Positions 49,607 to 59,242 of a stretch of DNA of 64,000 nucleotides are shown piece after piece. Below the pieces are notes generated by a model. The model was given only the letters and a program-made list of their open reading frames with translations, was not told the origin of the DNA and made no database searches. Each line of letters starts with the position of its first letter. The stretch's first letter is position 1. Origin of the DNA: Hyphomicrobiales bacterium (lineage in GTDB: Bacteria; Pseudomonadota; Alphaproteobacteria; Rhizobiales; Rhizobiaceae); contig JAAEMP010000073.1 in the NCBI GenBank assembly GCA_024225445.1, positions 415 to 64,414 of the forward strand, read 5' to 3'. Both the position numbers and the translations under genes were made by a program.

Positions 49607-49650
49607 GGTTTACTGATGAGCATCCCTGCCCGGGATACCCTCAGTAAACC
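49607..49650. terminator. 10-bp inverted repeat (ggtttactga / tcagtaaacc, 24-nt spacer) between convergent genes
   Basis: Read directly. It could act as a bidirectional terminator, but the loop is long and there is no clear T tract. Confidence 0.35.
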
Positions 49651-49665
49651 GGAAGCGCCCCGATT

Positions 49666-50964
49666 CTACAGGTTTCTCAGATAGCGATCCAGTTCGACCT
49701 GGGTTATCTGGTTGGCAAAAAATTCAAGCTCGCGCTCTGCCTGACCAGCTAAAATACCCAGCGTGTCCTCGCCGATTATATTGCCAACAAAATCTGACTG
49801 CTTTGCAAGTTTAATCGCTGTTTGCAAATCAGTCGGTAACAATTCGGCATCGGCATCCTCGTACGCATTGCCGGTCGTTTCCGGTGTCGGCTCAAGTTTT
49901 TGTTCAATCCCGTCAAGACCGGCAGCAATTTCGCAGGCCATTATATTGTAAGGGTTGCAATCCGCCGAGCCGTCACGTTTCTCAACCCGCACCGCACTGT
50001 CCTTACCCTCAATAATACGCAATCCAACGGTTCGATTATCAACTCCCCAACAGGTATTTACCGGGCTAAACGAATATGGCTGGCGACGTCGGTAGGCATT
50101 GGGGGTAGTTGCACCGGCCAGTGACATTTCACACATTCGTTTTTGCAGCCCGGCGACGTAGTTTTTACCGATCGCGGACAGTTTTCCATTATCTGCAAAA
50201 ACATTCTTTCCCCCACTCCAGAGGGAGTGATGCAGGTGAAATCCGTTACCTGATTCCTCTATGAACGGTTTTGCCATGAAAGTGGCGACATAGCCGTGTG
50301 CACCGGCTATTTCCTTGATCAGGCCACGAAAAGCTACAACCCGGTCGGCTGCCCTCAATGCCTCGCCGTAGCGAATATTGACCTCAACCTGACCGGCGGC
50401 ATATTCGGGATTGGATTGCTCAATGGGAATATCAACATCATTGAGATGGCGCCGGATAGGTCCCAATACATGCTCCAGTTCGGCGGAGCGAGCGAGACTG
50501 TAGACTCCGATACCGGTATCGCGTGGTTGCAAGGTTTCCTTGTCAAGCAGATAAAATTCCAGTTCGGCGCCAATCTGTACTTCGTACCCCATTTTGGCAG
50601 CGCGCTCCAGTACTCTGACCAGGCCATTGCGGGGGTCGATGGGAACCGGTTTATGATCCATTCCCTCCACCCGTCCAAAGCAGAATGCCACTCCGTCTTC
50701 CCAAGGAGTTGCATAAGCTGGCCCGTTTGGAAAAATGTGCATGTCGGGATAGCCATTGTCGAAGTTTACATATGGTGTGTCCCACACATCGCAGGTCATA
50801 TCGATTGCAAAGGTTGCAATTGATAAAGCCACTCCGTTTTCACAAACCGTCGGCCAGTGGCTGGCCGGTACCCGCTTGCCGCGCAGAATCCCGTTGGGAT
50901 CTCCTATGCCCAGCGCAACAGTATGAATACCTTCAGGCAAATTTTTATATTCAACACTCATCAA
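49666..50964 (-). CDS. glutamine-synthetase-family gamma-glutamyl-amine (amide) synthetase, GmaS/PuuA-like
   Basis: 432 aa with a GS catalytic-domain pattern (FMAKPF..GNGFHLH.SLW, ..NAYRR). It follows mgsABC-like genes, as gmaS does in N-methylglutamate-pathway clusters. Confidence 0.8.
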   Translation of the reverse strand: MMSVEYKNLPEGIHTVALGIGDPNGILRGKRVPASHWPTVCENGVALSIATFAIDMTCDVWDTPYVNFDNGYPDMHIFPNGPAYATPWEDGVAFCFGRVEGMDHKPVPIDPRNGLVRVLERAAKMGYEVQIGAELEFYLLDKETLQPRDTGIGVYSLARSAELEHVLGPIRRHLNDVDIPIEQSNPEYAAGQVEVNIRYGEALRAADRVVAFRGLIKEIAGAHGYVATFMAKPFIEESGNGFHLHHSLWSGGKNVFADNGKLSAIGKNYVAGLQKRMCEMSLAGATTPNAYRRRQPYSFSPVNTCWGVDNRTVGLRIIEGKDSAVRVEKRDGSADCNPYNIMACEIAAGLDGIEQKLEPTPETTGNAYEDADAELLPTDLQTAIKLAKQSDFVGNIIGEDTLGILAGQAERELEFFANQITQVELDRYLRNL

Positions 50965-51005
50965 GATCCTCCCAAATCAGATTTGCTACAATTTGCAATT
51001 TCACC

Positions 51006-52427
51006 CTACCATGAAAATGGCCGATCAATACCAGCAAGTTTAACCCCAGTAAAGGCAGAGGCTTCTGTAGAAAGGGCTCGAAGGTCTTCAACCTCAAGAT
51101 TGTGCACTGATGACTTCCCGCAGGCCTTTGCCAGAAGAGTAATCTCCATGGTCATAGCAGTTAAATATCTTGCGACCCGCTCAGCTGCCGCAGGCACATC
51201 AATTCGTTCTTCCAGTTCCGGCTCCTGGGTAGCAATGCCCACCGGGCAAAGCCCGGTATGGCAATGATGACACCTGCCCGGTTCCGTTCCCAGGGCTTCA
51301 TAACCATCAAAATATCGCGGCGAGTTACAGCCCAGTGCGATCAGAGAACCGGTTCCCACCATCACCGCATCTGCTCCCAAAGCCAGACATTTGGCTGCAT
51401 CGGTTCCCGAACGGATACCCCCGGCAGCCACCAGTGAAACTTTTCCGGACATACCACATTCATCCAGTGCTTCACGCGCCGCACGAATCGCCGTCATGGT
51501 CGGAATACCGGTATGGTTGAGCAGCAGTTCAGGCGAGGCGCCTGTTCCACCTTCAGCACCATCAACAACAACTACATCAACCCCTGCCTTTGCCGCAATA
51601 GCCACGTCATAGCGTGGCCTTGTGGCTCCCATCTTGAGAAAAATCGGAACCTTGTAATCAGTCGCTTCACGCAGTTCTTCGATCTTCACCTGCATATCAT
51701 CAGCACCAAGAAAATCGGGGTGTCTGACGGTAGACCGCTGATCAACACCGGAAGGCAACGAGCGCATACCGGCAACGCGTTCGGACACTTTCATGCCGAG
51801 CAACAACCCGCCGGTTCCCGGTTTGGCACCCTGTCCAACTACCAGTTCGATGGCATCGGCCATTCGCAAATGAGCCAGATCAAGCATATAGCGGGACGGT
51901 GTCATCTGGTAGACAAGTGTCCTGGAAGCCCGACGCTCGTCTTCCAGCATTCCGCCTTCACCGGTACAGGTCAAGGTCCCAACTTTGGAAGCACCATAAC
52001 CCAGTGCCGCCTTGGCATTTGCCGACAGCGCACCAAATGACATTGAAGCAATATAGATGGGAATATCCAGCTCCAGTGGATTTTCAACCAGCCCGGATCC
52101 CCCGCCGAGAACGGTTTTTGTGTCGCAGCTTTCACGATATCCCTCCAGCGGCAGGCGGGTCATGGTCGCAGGCACGAATGTCAAATCATCAAAACTGGGC
52201 AGGCGATGGTTAAAGCTGTTAAAGCCGCGTATCTGATAACGCCCGAGACGTGAAAGCGCGTGAATTTCCGAAATTGATTCAGGTGTCCAGGATACTGATT
52301 CACCACGCGCGTATGATTTGGGCACTCCTGCCGGGCGATCTTCCACCCCGCCATCCTTCATTGCCACCGCGTCTTCCGAGGGCATTTCAAACGGATATTC
52401 GTATGGTTTCTTCATATCATCAGCCAT
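51006..52427 (-). CDS. glutamate-synthase FMN-domain-like protein (MgsC-like)
   Basis: 473 aa with GEGG, the G.GAKPG.GG motif (VVGQGAKPGTGGLL) and DGAEGGTGASP. Confidence 0.85.
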   Translation of the reverse strand: MADDMKKPYEYPFEMPSEDAVAMKDGGVEDRPAGVPKSYARGESVSWTPESISEIHALSRLGRYQIRGFNSFNHRLPSFDDLTFVPATMTRLPLEGYRESCDTKTVLGGGSGLVENPLELDIPIYIASMSFGALSANAKAALGYGASKVGTLTCTGEGGMLEDERRASRTLVYQMTPSRYMLDLAHLRMADAIELVVGQGAKPGTGGLLLGMKVSERVAGMRSLPSGVDQRSTVRHPDFLGADDMQVKIEELREATDYKVPIFLKMGATRPRYDVAIAAKAGVDVVVVDGAEGGTGASPELLLNHTGIPTMTAIRAAREALDECGMSGKVSLVAAGGIRSGTDAAKCLALGADAVMVGTGSLIALGCNSPRYFDGYEALGTEPGRCHHCHTGLCPVGIATQEPELEERIDVPAAAERVARYLTAMTMEITLLAKACGKSSVHNLEVEDLRALSTEASAFTGVKLAGIDRPFSW

Positions 52428-53104
52428 GCGCTAGCGTCCCTACTTTCAAAATGCCACAAACGTTGGGCGGACACGATCTTCTGCCATTGGTGTGAGTTGT
52501 CACCCAACCCCAATTCATCCAAAAGTTTTTCTACACTGGCAATTTCCTGTGAACTCGGTTCAACCACCTTTGAATCCACACCCAGCGATTCTATCGGGCC
52601 AGCCACCCAGACCTCACCGCCCCACAAGCTGTCGGCGCAGGCTTCGCCTGCCCCCGACAGGGCAATGATCCGCCCGGCATGAGACATGAAACCGGCCATG
52701 TAACCAATCTTGCCTTCAACGACGATATCGCCACCTTTCATAGCCACACCGCAACGCGGTCCGGCATCACCCTTGACATGTATCAGACCGCCTCGCATGG
52801 AAGCGCCAAGTGACATGCCTGCATAACCATTGACAAGAATTTCTCCGCTGGCCATGGCTTCACCGCACGACCAGCCGACATTGCGCTCGACCTCGATATT
52901 GGCGCCGTCATTAAGCCCGCCGCAGTAATAACCAACACTGCCCTCAAAGCGGATATCGGCACCAGGTGGCAGACCAACCCCCAGATTATGCCGTGAACGC
53001 GTATCGCGTACAATAACCTTGTTTCCTTCAGCCAGCGCGGCCTTGATTTCCCTGTTGACTTCGCGAATTGGACGATCCTTGACGGTGACAATAACCTCAC
53101 TCAT
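52412..53104 (-). CDS. GXGXG-motif protein (glutamate synthase alpha C-terminal-domain-like; MgsB-like)
   Basis: 230 aa with repeated G.G.G beta-helix motifs (GSVGYYCGG, GYAGMSLG, GDAGPRCG, GKIGYMAG). Confidence 0.85.
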   Translation of the reverse strand: MSEVIVTVKDRPIREVNREIKAALAEGNKVIVRDTRSRHNLGVGLPPGADIRFEGSVGYYCGGLNDGANIEVERNVGWSCGEAMASGEILVNGYAGMSLGASMRGGLIHVKGDAGPRCGVAMKGGDIVVEGKIGYMAGFMSHAGRIIALSGAGEACADSLWGGEVWVAGPIESLGVDSKVVEPSSQEIASVEKLLDELGLGDNSHQWQKIVSAQRLWHFESRDASAWLMI

Positions 53105-54045
53105 GCCGCTTTCCTCAATGTTCCGATTTCCCAGGTCTTGGTCATGCTCGGGCCATCATAATTATTGACAACCTCCTCACCAAGATAGATCATCCGTACT
53201 GCCTGTTCTTCCGTGGCAACCGCCATTTGCCCATTTTCCTCAATCGCCACCAACGGCTTGATTGCCCAGCGGTCCTTGGCAAAGCCCATGCTATGAATGT
53301 CTGAAATCAGATAAGTAAATACCCCATCTATTTGCGATATCGATTTTTTCAGTGACTGGGCCTGACTTAATCCCTGTGACATCTGATCGGAAATCCACAC
53401 CGCCAACAATTCGCTGTCATTATAGGTCATGAACCTGTAGCCTTTTCGCTCCAACCGTTCCCGCCACGTGTAGTAATCGGTTATCTGACCATTGTGAACA
53501 ATTGCCACATCGGGAAAAGGCCGTGCCCAAAACGGATGGCTGGCAGTTGGCGAGACGCTTGATTCAGTGGCAAGACGCGCGTGACCAAGGCCATGAGTAC
53601 CAATAAAATCACGTATATTGTGCTTGTCAGCAACTTCACTGGCCCCGCCCAAATCCTTGACAATTTCAAGCGAACGGCCCACTGATTGCATCTCCAGGTT
53701 TTCACAAATTGTGTCAGCCTGACGTGCCCAGGCGGCAAAATCATTTGGATCCTTTATCACCATTCGGACAGAAACATGGGGGGTATCAGCATCATCCCAT
53801 GTAGGATCTGAAATGAAATCCGAATTATTCTCAATCAGAATATTTTTGAAATCCTGCAAATCACTCGATAGCCTGTCTCTGTTACTAGCCATGGCGCGAA
53901 CGATATAACCCGTATCCAGCGGTGAACCATAAAGTGCAAATCCGGTTGAATCCGCACCCCGGTGACGCTGTGATTCCATCAACTCCACCAAATCTGCACC
54001 AATTCTACCGGGTGCAGTAAGTATTCGTCCGGCTATCCCGCACAT
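53101..54045 (-). CDS. class-II (Ntn) glutamine amidotransferase-like protein (MgsA-like)
   Basis: Starts MCGIAG (catalytic Cys2) and contains RHRGADSTG. It overlaps the next gene by 4 nt. Confidence 0.85.
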   Translation of the reverse strand: MCGIAGRILTAPGRIGADLVELMESQRHRGADSTGFALYGSPLDTGYIVRAMASNRDRLSSDLQDFKNILIENNSDFISDPTWDDADTPHVSVRMVIKDPNDFAAWARQADTICENLEMQSVGRSLEIVKDLGGASEVADKHNIRDFIGTHGLGHARLATESSVSPTASHPFWARPFPDVAIVHNGQITDYYTWRERLERKGYRFMTYNDSELLAVWISDQMSQGLSQAQSLKKSISQIDGVFTYLISDIHSMGFAKDRWAIKPLVAIEENGQMAVATEEQAVRMIYLGEEVVNNYDGPSMTKTWEIGTLRKAA

Positions 54046-54066
54046 AGAAGCATTTCCTTTTGCATA

Positions 54067-54083
54067 CAGTATACAGTGTACAA
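54067..54083. promoter_or_regulatory. operator site C: CAGTATACAGTGTACAA
   Basis: Lies 22 nt upstream of the mgsA-like start, in the 107-nt gap after livH. An overlapping ATACAGTATACA half-site lies just upstream. Confidence 0.5.
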
Positions 54084-54151
54084 TATTATCCTATTCCCAG
54101 AACTCAAAATACGCAAGGAAAACTTTGGGCAGCTTAATACAATTGTGCCCT

Positions 54152-55039
54152 TCAGCGCATCGGTTCCGGATTGCTGGCGATAATGCCGTTGGGGCGGAAA
54201 ACAAGGAAAATAATCAATAACAGCAACACCGCGGCATCCCTGAACACCACAAGATTATCAGGCAACAAGAACAACAGGGTTGCTTCAAGCGCGCCAAGCA
54301 GAAATCCACCATAAAGCGCACCCTTTGGATTTGCCAACCCCCCGATTATTGCCGCAATAAGAGCCTTGATCATTGGTGTTAGTCCGAGCGCGGGAAATAC
54401 CGCTCCGCGCTGGGAAATCCATAACAGCGCAGCGACACCCGCCAGCGCACCGGACAAAAAGAAAGCCAGCGCAATCACCCGGTTTGCCTGAATTCCCACC
54501 ACCCTGGCAACATCAAAATCAGCTGCTGAAGCCCGCAGTGATATACCCAGTCGCGAGTGGGCAAGAAACAGGCGCAGCAGGATCAGTGAGGCAAATGCCA
54601 CCACCACCGTAAATATCTGGGCGCGCGAAACAAACACATCACCAATGGTGATATAGCCGGAGAGGAATTCCGGGATCGGAATTGGTTTGGAACGCGGGCT
54701 GATGCCAACCTGAAAAATCACATGCAGTGCCCCGGATATTGCAAAAGAAGTAATCAGCAACGTCATCGGACTGCGCCCGCGCAACGGTCGAAAGGCTATG
54801 CGTTCCATGGCAACAGCGCACAATCCGGCAAAAATAATGGCCAGCAGCACCGCCAGCCAGAAGGGCGTATGCCAACCGATCATGAAAAACAACGCATAGC
54901 CAAATAATGTCATAAGGTCGCCATGGGCAAAATTCAGAAATCCCAGCTGCCCGAACACAACAACCAGCCCCAGCGCCAGCAGGGCATAAATGGCTCCAAG
55001 ATTTAGCACAGCAACCAGATACTGAATGAACTCAGCCAT
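54152..55039 (-). CDS. branched-chain-amino-acid-type ABC permease (LivH-like)
   Basis: Polytopic. I prefer the start MAEFIQYLVAVLNLGAIYALLALG at 55039, which overlaps the upstream stop by 8 nt. Confidence 0.85.
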   Translation of the reverse strand: MAEFIQYLVAVLNLGAIYALLALGLVVVFGQLGFLNFAHGDLMTLFGYALFFMIGWHTPFWLAVLLAIIFAGLCAVAMERIAFRPLRGRSPMTLLITSFAISGALHVIFQVGISPRSKPIPIPEFLSGYITIGDVFVSRAQIFTVVVAFASLILLRLFLAHSRLGISLRASAADFDVARVVGIQANRVIALAFFLSGALAGVAALLWISQRGAVFPALGLTPMIKALIAAIIGGLANPKGALYGGFLLGALEATLLFLLPDNLVVFRDAAVLLLLIIFLVFRPNGIIASNPEPMR

Positions 55040-55757
55040 TGCCACTCTCCCGACTGCCGGTTCCAAGATAACTGTCATGGACAAACTGGTCATCAGCCAG
55101 TTCATCGGCAGGACCTGAACGCACAATCATTCCCAGTTCCATCACATAGGCACGGTCCGCAATCGCCAGACTCTTTTTGACATTCTGCTCGACCAGCAGA
55201 ATAGTTACCCCTGACGCGCGCAACTCAGCGATGATCTCAAAAACTTTTGTAACAATTTTCGGTGCCAGACCCAGCGAGGGTTCATCCAGAATAAGGCAGG
55301 TCGGATTGACCATCAGTGCTCGCGCAATTGCCAGCATCTGCTGTTCTCCGCCGGAAAGCGTGCCCGCATCCTGCTCACGGCGCTCTCTCAGCACCGGAAA
55401 CTGTTCCAGCACAGAACCGAGGCGCCTGTCGAAGTCACTTCGTGAAAGCGTACAGCCTCCGGCGCGCAGATTGTCAATGACTGAAAGTGATTTGAACACC
55501 CGGCGTCCCTCAGGTGAAAACGACAATCCCATCCCTGCCCGGTTCTCGACCGGAACACCAGCCAGCGAATTGCCTTTCAGAACAATGTTGCCGCTGACAA
55601 TTGGCACCAGTCCCATGATGGCGTTAAGTGTGGTGGTCTTGCCCGCCCCGTTTGCGCCGATAATTGTCACCAGCTCTCCACTGTCCACTTCAAAGGAAAT
55701 GCCCTTAACCGCCGCCACCGGACCGTATGATACGCATAAATTGGAAACTACCAGCAT
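55032..55757 (-). CDS. ABC ATP-binding protein (LivF-like)
   Basis: It has GANGAGKTT, LSGGEQQML and LILDEPS. Confidence 0.9.
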   Translation of the reverse strand: MLVVSNLCVSYGPVAAVKGISFEVDSGELVTIIGANGAGKTTTLNAIMGLVPIVSGNIVLKGNSLAGVPVENRAGMGLSFSPEGRRVFKSLSVIDNLRAGGCTLSRSDFDRRLGSVLEQFPVLRERREQDAGTLSGGEQQMLAIARALMVNPTCLILDEPSLGLAPKIVTKVFEIIAELRASGVTILLVEQNVKKSLAIADRAYVMELGMIVRSGPADELADDQFVHDSYLGTGSRESGNG

Positions 55758-55834
55758 GATTGGTTACTTCAAGGAATTTGTAATAAGGGTACCACCGGCA
55801 AATATGCCGGTGGCAAGTTTGGCAAGCCAGTCAC

Positions 55835-57007
55835 TTATTTGGCTTTCGGTATTTCAGACGGATCAAGCTTGATTGAGGTAATATATTTGCCCTCTCCATT
55901 TTCAATTTTCATAATGTGAACCGGAAGGTTCGGAGCTTTGCCGACACCCTTGAAGGTTGCCTTACCGATCTCGGTATCAACATTTTCAAGCTGGCCAAAG
56001 GCATCACGCAATGCGGCAGGTTCGATTGTACCTGCCTTTTCTGCAGCTGCTGCAACCATCCGCATGGCGGAATAACCGACCATCGCAGGATAAAAGCTGT
56101 CAGCATTACCAAATTTTGTTTCATAAGCCTTGACAAAATTTGCGGCACTTTCACTGGTGCTGGGTGCTGCCATTGTCACATAGTGAACACCATCGACCAC
56201 TTTGCCCAACCCTTTAACGGAAGGCTGGTCAAGCACATCAGGACCAAGATAGGTTGACGTGATACCTGCGGCGCGCAACTGGTTGATAAAGATGGGAAAA
56301 TCATTGTCAAATGGCATCGCCATAATGACATCGGGTTGCTGGGGCAGCTTCTTGATATCTGCAACCACTTTGGTGAATTCCTGCTGGTCGTAGGTAAAAG
56401 TCGATTGGCCAACCACTTTACCTCCATTTTTTTCAAAGGAATCCTTGAAATAGAGCGGCAGATATTCTGTATACGGATCAAAATCTGACGTCACGATATA
56501 GGCAGTTTTTGCCTTCAGGCCGGTGGTGGCAAATTTGCCGTAAACCGCACCCATGTGTGCATCCGACATCATCACCAGATAACTGCCACCGCCCGCACGT
56601 GCGGGAATTGTCGGCTGGGATGCAATGGTGTGCATGATCAGGAGATTTTCCTTTTTGACCATGGTTCCCGCAGCAATCGCACTGGGTGAAATTGCACTTG
56701 AAACAAACATGTTCATTTTCTGTGACTTCAACAATTCTGCAATGGCGATTGCTGTTTTTTGCGGGTCAGACGCATCATCGCGCTCCACCAGTGTAATCGG
56801 ATATTTTCCATTGAGTCCGCCATTTTTGTTTGCTTGCTCAATATACATGGTAACGCCCTGCATAAACGGCGCATCATAAGCTGCCATGAAGCCTGTGCGA
56901 GCACTTACGGCACCAATGACAAAGTCTTCCGCCTGAGCAGGTGCATACCCAGCCCCAGCCAGTGTTGAAGCCGCTACAACAGCGGCAAAAATAGTTTTGT
57001 TAATCAT
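55835..57007 (-). CDS. periplasmic binding protein, type-1 (LivJ/K-like; amino acid/amide/amine)
   Basis: The start MINKTIFAAVVAAS...AQA is a signal peptide, preceded by a GGGAGAAG RBS. Operon context supports the call. Confidence 0.8.
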   Translation of the reverse strand: MINKTIFAAVVAASTLAGAGYAPAQAEDFVIGAVSARTGFMAAYDAPFMQGVTMYIEQANKNGGLNGKYPITLVERDDASDPQKTAIAIAELLKSQKMNMFVSSAISPSAIAAGTMVKKENLLIMHTIASQPTIPARAGGGSYLVMMSDAHMGAVYGKFATTGLKAKTAYIVTSDFDPYTEYLPLYFKDSFEKNGGKVVGQSTFTYDQQEFTKVVADIKKLPQQPDVIMAMPFDNDFPIFINQLRAAGITSTYLGPDVLDQPSVKGLGKVVDGVHYVTMAAPSTSESAANFVKAYETKFGNADSFYPAMVGYSAMRMVAAAAEKAGTIEPAALRDAFGQLENVDTEIGKATFKGVGKAPNLPVHIMKIENGEGKYITSIKLDPSEIPKAK

Positions 57008-57036
57008 ATTACTTCTCCCTTTTGTTAATTTTAGTT

Positions 57037-58959
57037 TCATTCGCCAAGGTAATGTTCCTCATCCCCCTCTTCTCCCACATATGCCTCAATCACATCGGCA
57101 TTGGTACTGATCTCGGCTGGCTGCCCATCCGCAATCAGTTCACCTTTGTTGAGTACATAAATGCGATTGCATAATTGCATAACCATTTTCAGATCATGCT
57201 CTACCAGCAATACGCCAACGCCAAAATCACGAACAATTCGGCTGAGCAAGGTTTTGAGTTCCTCTGTCTCCGATGAATTCATACCTGCCGCGGGTTCATC
57301 CAGCAGCAGAAAGTCCGGTTCCAGCGCAAGCGCGCGGGCAATCTCAAGCCAGCGCTGGTCTCCATAGGCAAGATTGCTTGCCAGAACTGCTGCCTTGTCC
57401 TCAAGATTGAGTAAAGCCAACCATTCGCGCGCTCTTTTCTGCGCCCTGGCTCGGCTAAGTGCGGGTGACTTCACGGTAACCGCGCAAATTACATTTTCCA
57501 GCACTGTCAATGAAGTGAACAGGCGAATGTTCTGATAAGTGCGGCCAAGTCCATTTCGCGCCAGGCGCACCGCACTCCATGATGTAGCCTCCTGACCGCC
57601 CACCAAAATGGTTCCGGAAGAAGCAAACAGGTTACCGGTCAAGACATTGATAAACGTCGTCTTGCCCGCGCCATTTGGCCCGATCAATCCGACAATTTCC
57701 CCGGCATCGACCCTGAGACTGACATCTGAAAGTGCGCTTAATCCGCCAAAGGTCTTTGACAGACCTGAAGTTTCAAGACTACGCCTGATGTCAACTTTGT
57801 AACCGGGTGTCGCAAGCTGCCCGGATTGAACCGCACTGCTCCCACCTCCCTTAAACAATAAAACCGCCAGTTCGCGGTAACCCAGCAATCCTTCCGGGCG
57901 CAGATATAAAACGATGAGGATCAGGATGGAAAATGAAATTGCAGTCAGGCCAAATACAAGGGGGAACTCAAACCCGAATATCGTTTCAGTTCCGGCAAAA
58001 CTACCTAGATATTCCTCCGTATTGCGAAACACTTTCTCGGCAAAGGTAATCACTATAGCACCGATTGCACACCCGCTGATTGAGCGATAACCACCGAGAA
58101 TAATCATCACCACCAGGGCAAAGGTCTTTTCAAGATAAAACCCGTTGGGAGAAATCACACCAACCACATGGGCATACAAGCCGCCGGCAAGTCCGACCAA
58201 CCCGGCACTGGCCGTCCAGAACAAAAAGATATTTATCTGTGGTTCAATGCCGATGGAACGCGATGCCTGCTCCTCGTCCCGCGTAGCCTCCAGATGTCTG
58301 GCAGCCTTTGTACTTTTTAGAAAAAACGCAGCGCCAAGCGCCACTGCAAGGGAGGAGACAATAACTGGCCAGGTGGCGTATTCTGTCGGGATTGCATACA
58401 AAGACTGTTTGCCATTGGTAAGCACTTTTGCTCCGACAAAAACCAGATAAGCAATGATAATCAGACCGAAACTGGCAATCACCGCCGAAGTATCGCGCAG
58501 GCGCATGATAACCAGACCGGAAATGGCACCAATCACCAGGCAAACCAATATAGCAACCGGCAATGCCAAGGGTAACGACCATTCTGCTTCGCGTACAAAA
58601 GCAGGCATGTCAGCCAGCAAGAACGATTTTAGCGCGGGCGGCAAGGTAAACCAGACCGTTACATAGGCGCCAATTCCAAAGAAAGACACATGTCCCAGTG
58701 ACAAAATTCCGCTGGTCCCCGAGAACAAACCAAGACCGACGGCGGCGATAATGTTGATGCAGCCAAGCATCAACAACTCGCGTCCGGCAATGTTTGTAAG
58801 CAAAGAGAAAGCGACAATGGCGCAAATTAGCGGCAAAATAATTGCACCAGAAATCAGGCACTCACGCGAGCGCTGGTCAAAAAAGGCTCTCGACGCACTA
58901 ATGTCGTCACGACCGGCGACGGCCTGGTCCTGCACCAGAGTTTCTTGCTGCTCGCTCAT
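57037..58959 (-). CDS. fused ABC permease (LivM-like) + ATP-binding (LivG-like) protein
   Basis: About 640 aa. The N-terminal approx. 350 aa are polytopic. The C-terminus has GPNGAGKTT, L.YGDQRWLEIARAL and LLLDEPAAG. Confidence 0.85.
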   Translation of the reverse strand: MSEQQETLVQDQAVAGRDDISASRAFFDQRSRECLISGAIILPLICAIVAFSLLTNIAGRELLMLGCINIIAAVGLGLFSGTSGILSLGHVSFFGIGAYVTVWFTLPPALKSFLLADMPAFVREAEWSLPLALPVAILVCLVIGAISGLVIMRLRDTSAVIASFGLIIIAYLVFVGAKVLTNGKQSLYAIPTEYATWPVIVSSLAVALGAAFFLKSTKAARHLEATRDEEQASRSIGIEPQINIFLFWTASAGLVGLAGGLYAHVVGVISPNGFYLEKTFALVVMIILGGYRSISGCAIGAIVITFAEKVFRNTEEYLGSFAGTETIFGFEFPLVFGLTAISFSILILIVLYLRPEGLLGYRELAVLLFKGGGSSAVQSGQLATPGYKVDIRRSLETSGLSKTFGGLSALSDVSLRVDAGEIVGLIGPNGAGKTTFINVLTGNLFASSGTILVGGQEATSWSAVRLARNGLGRTYQNIRLFTSLTVLENVICAVTVKSPALSRARAQKRAREWLALLNLEDKAAVLASNLAYGDQRWLEIARALALEPDFLLLDEPAAGMNSSETEELKTLLSRIVRDFGVGVLLVEHDLKMVMQLCNRIYVLNKGELIADGQPAEISTNADVIEAYVGEEGDEEHYLGE

Positions 58960-59104
58960 CGCAATACAATGACAAAGGCCTGCCCGCAAACATCCAGGCA
59001 GGACATTTGACCAGACTTCGAGGTGATATTATCCAACTCTAGGTTTTCTGCTCCAATGTCATTTTATATCCTCCCATATATCTTTATTCTGCGTTTTATC
59101 AATT

Positions 59105-59121
59105 TTGTATACTGTATTCAA
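59105..59121. promoter_or_regulatory. operator site D: TTGTATACTGTATTCAA
   Basis: Lies 146 nt upstream of the livMG-fusion start. It differs from site A at one position. Confidence 0.6.
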
Positions 59122-59242
59122 TATATCATAGCATTGTTTCCCGGCATCGGCAATTTCAATTATTGCACTCGCACAATAAATCATCGTACCGCCACTGGGC
59201 GGGTCGCATCCAATGAAATTCGCCTGGCCAATTTCCAAAGCA

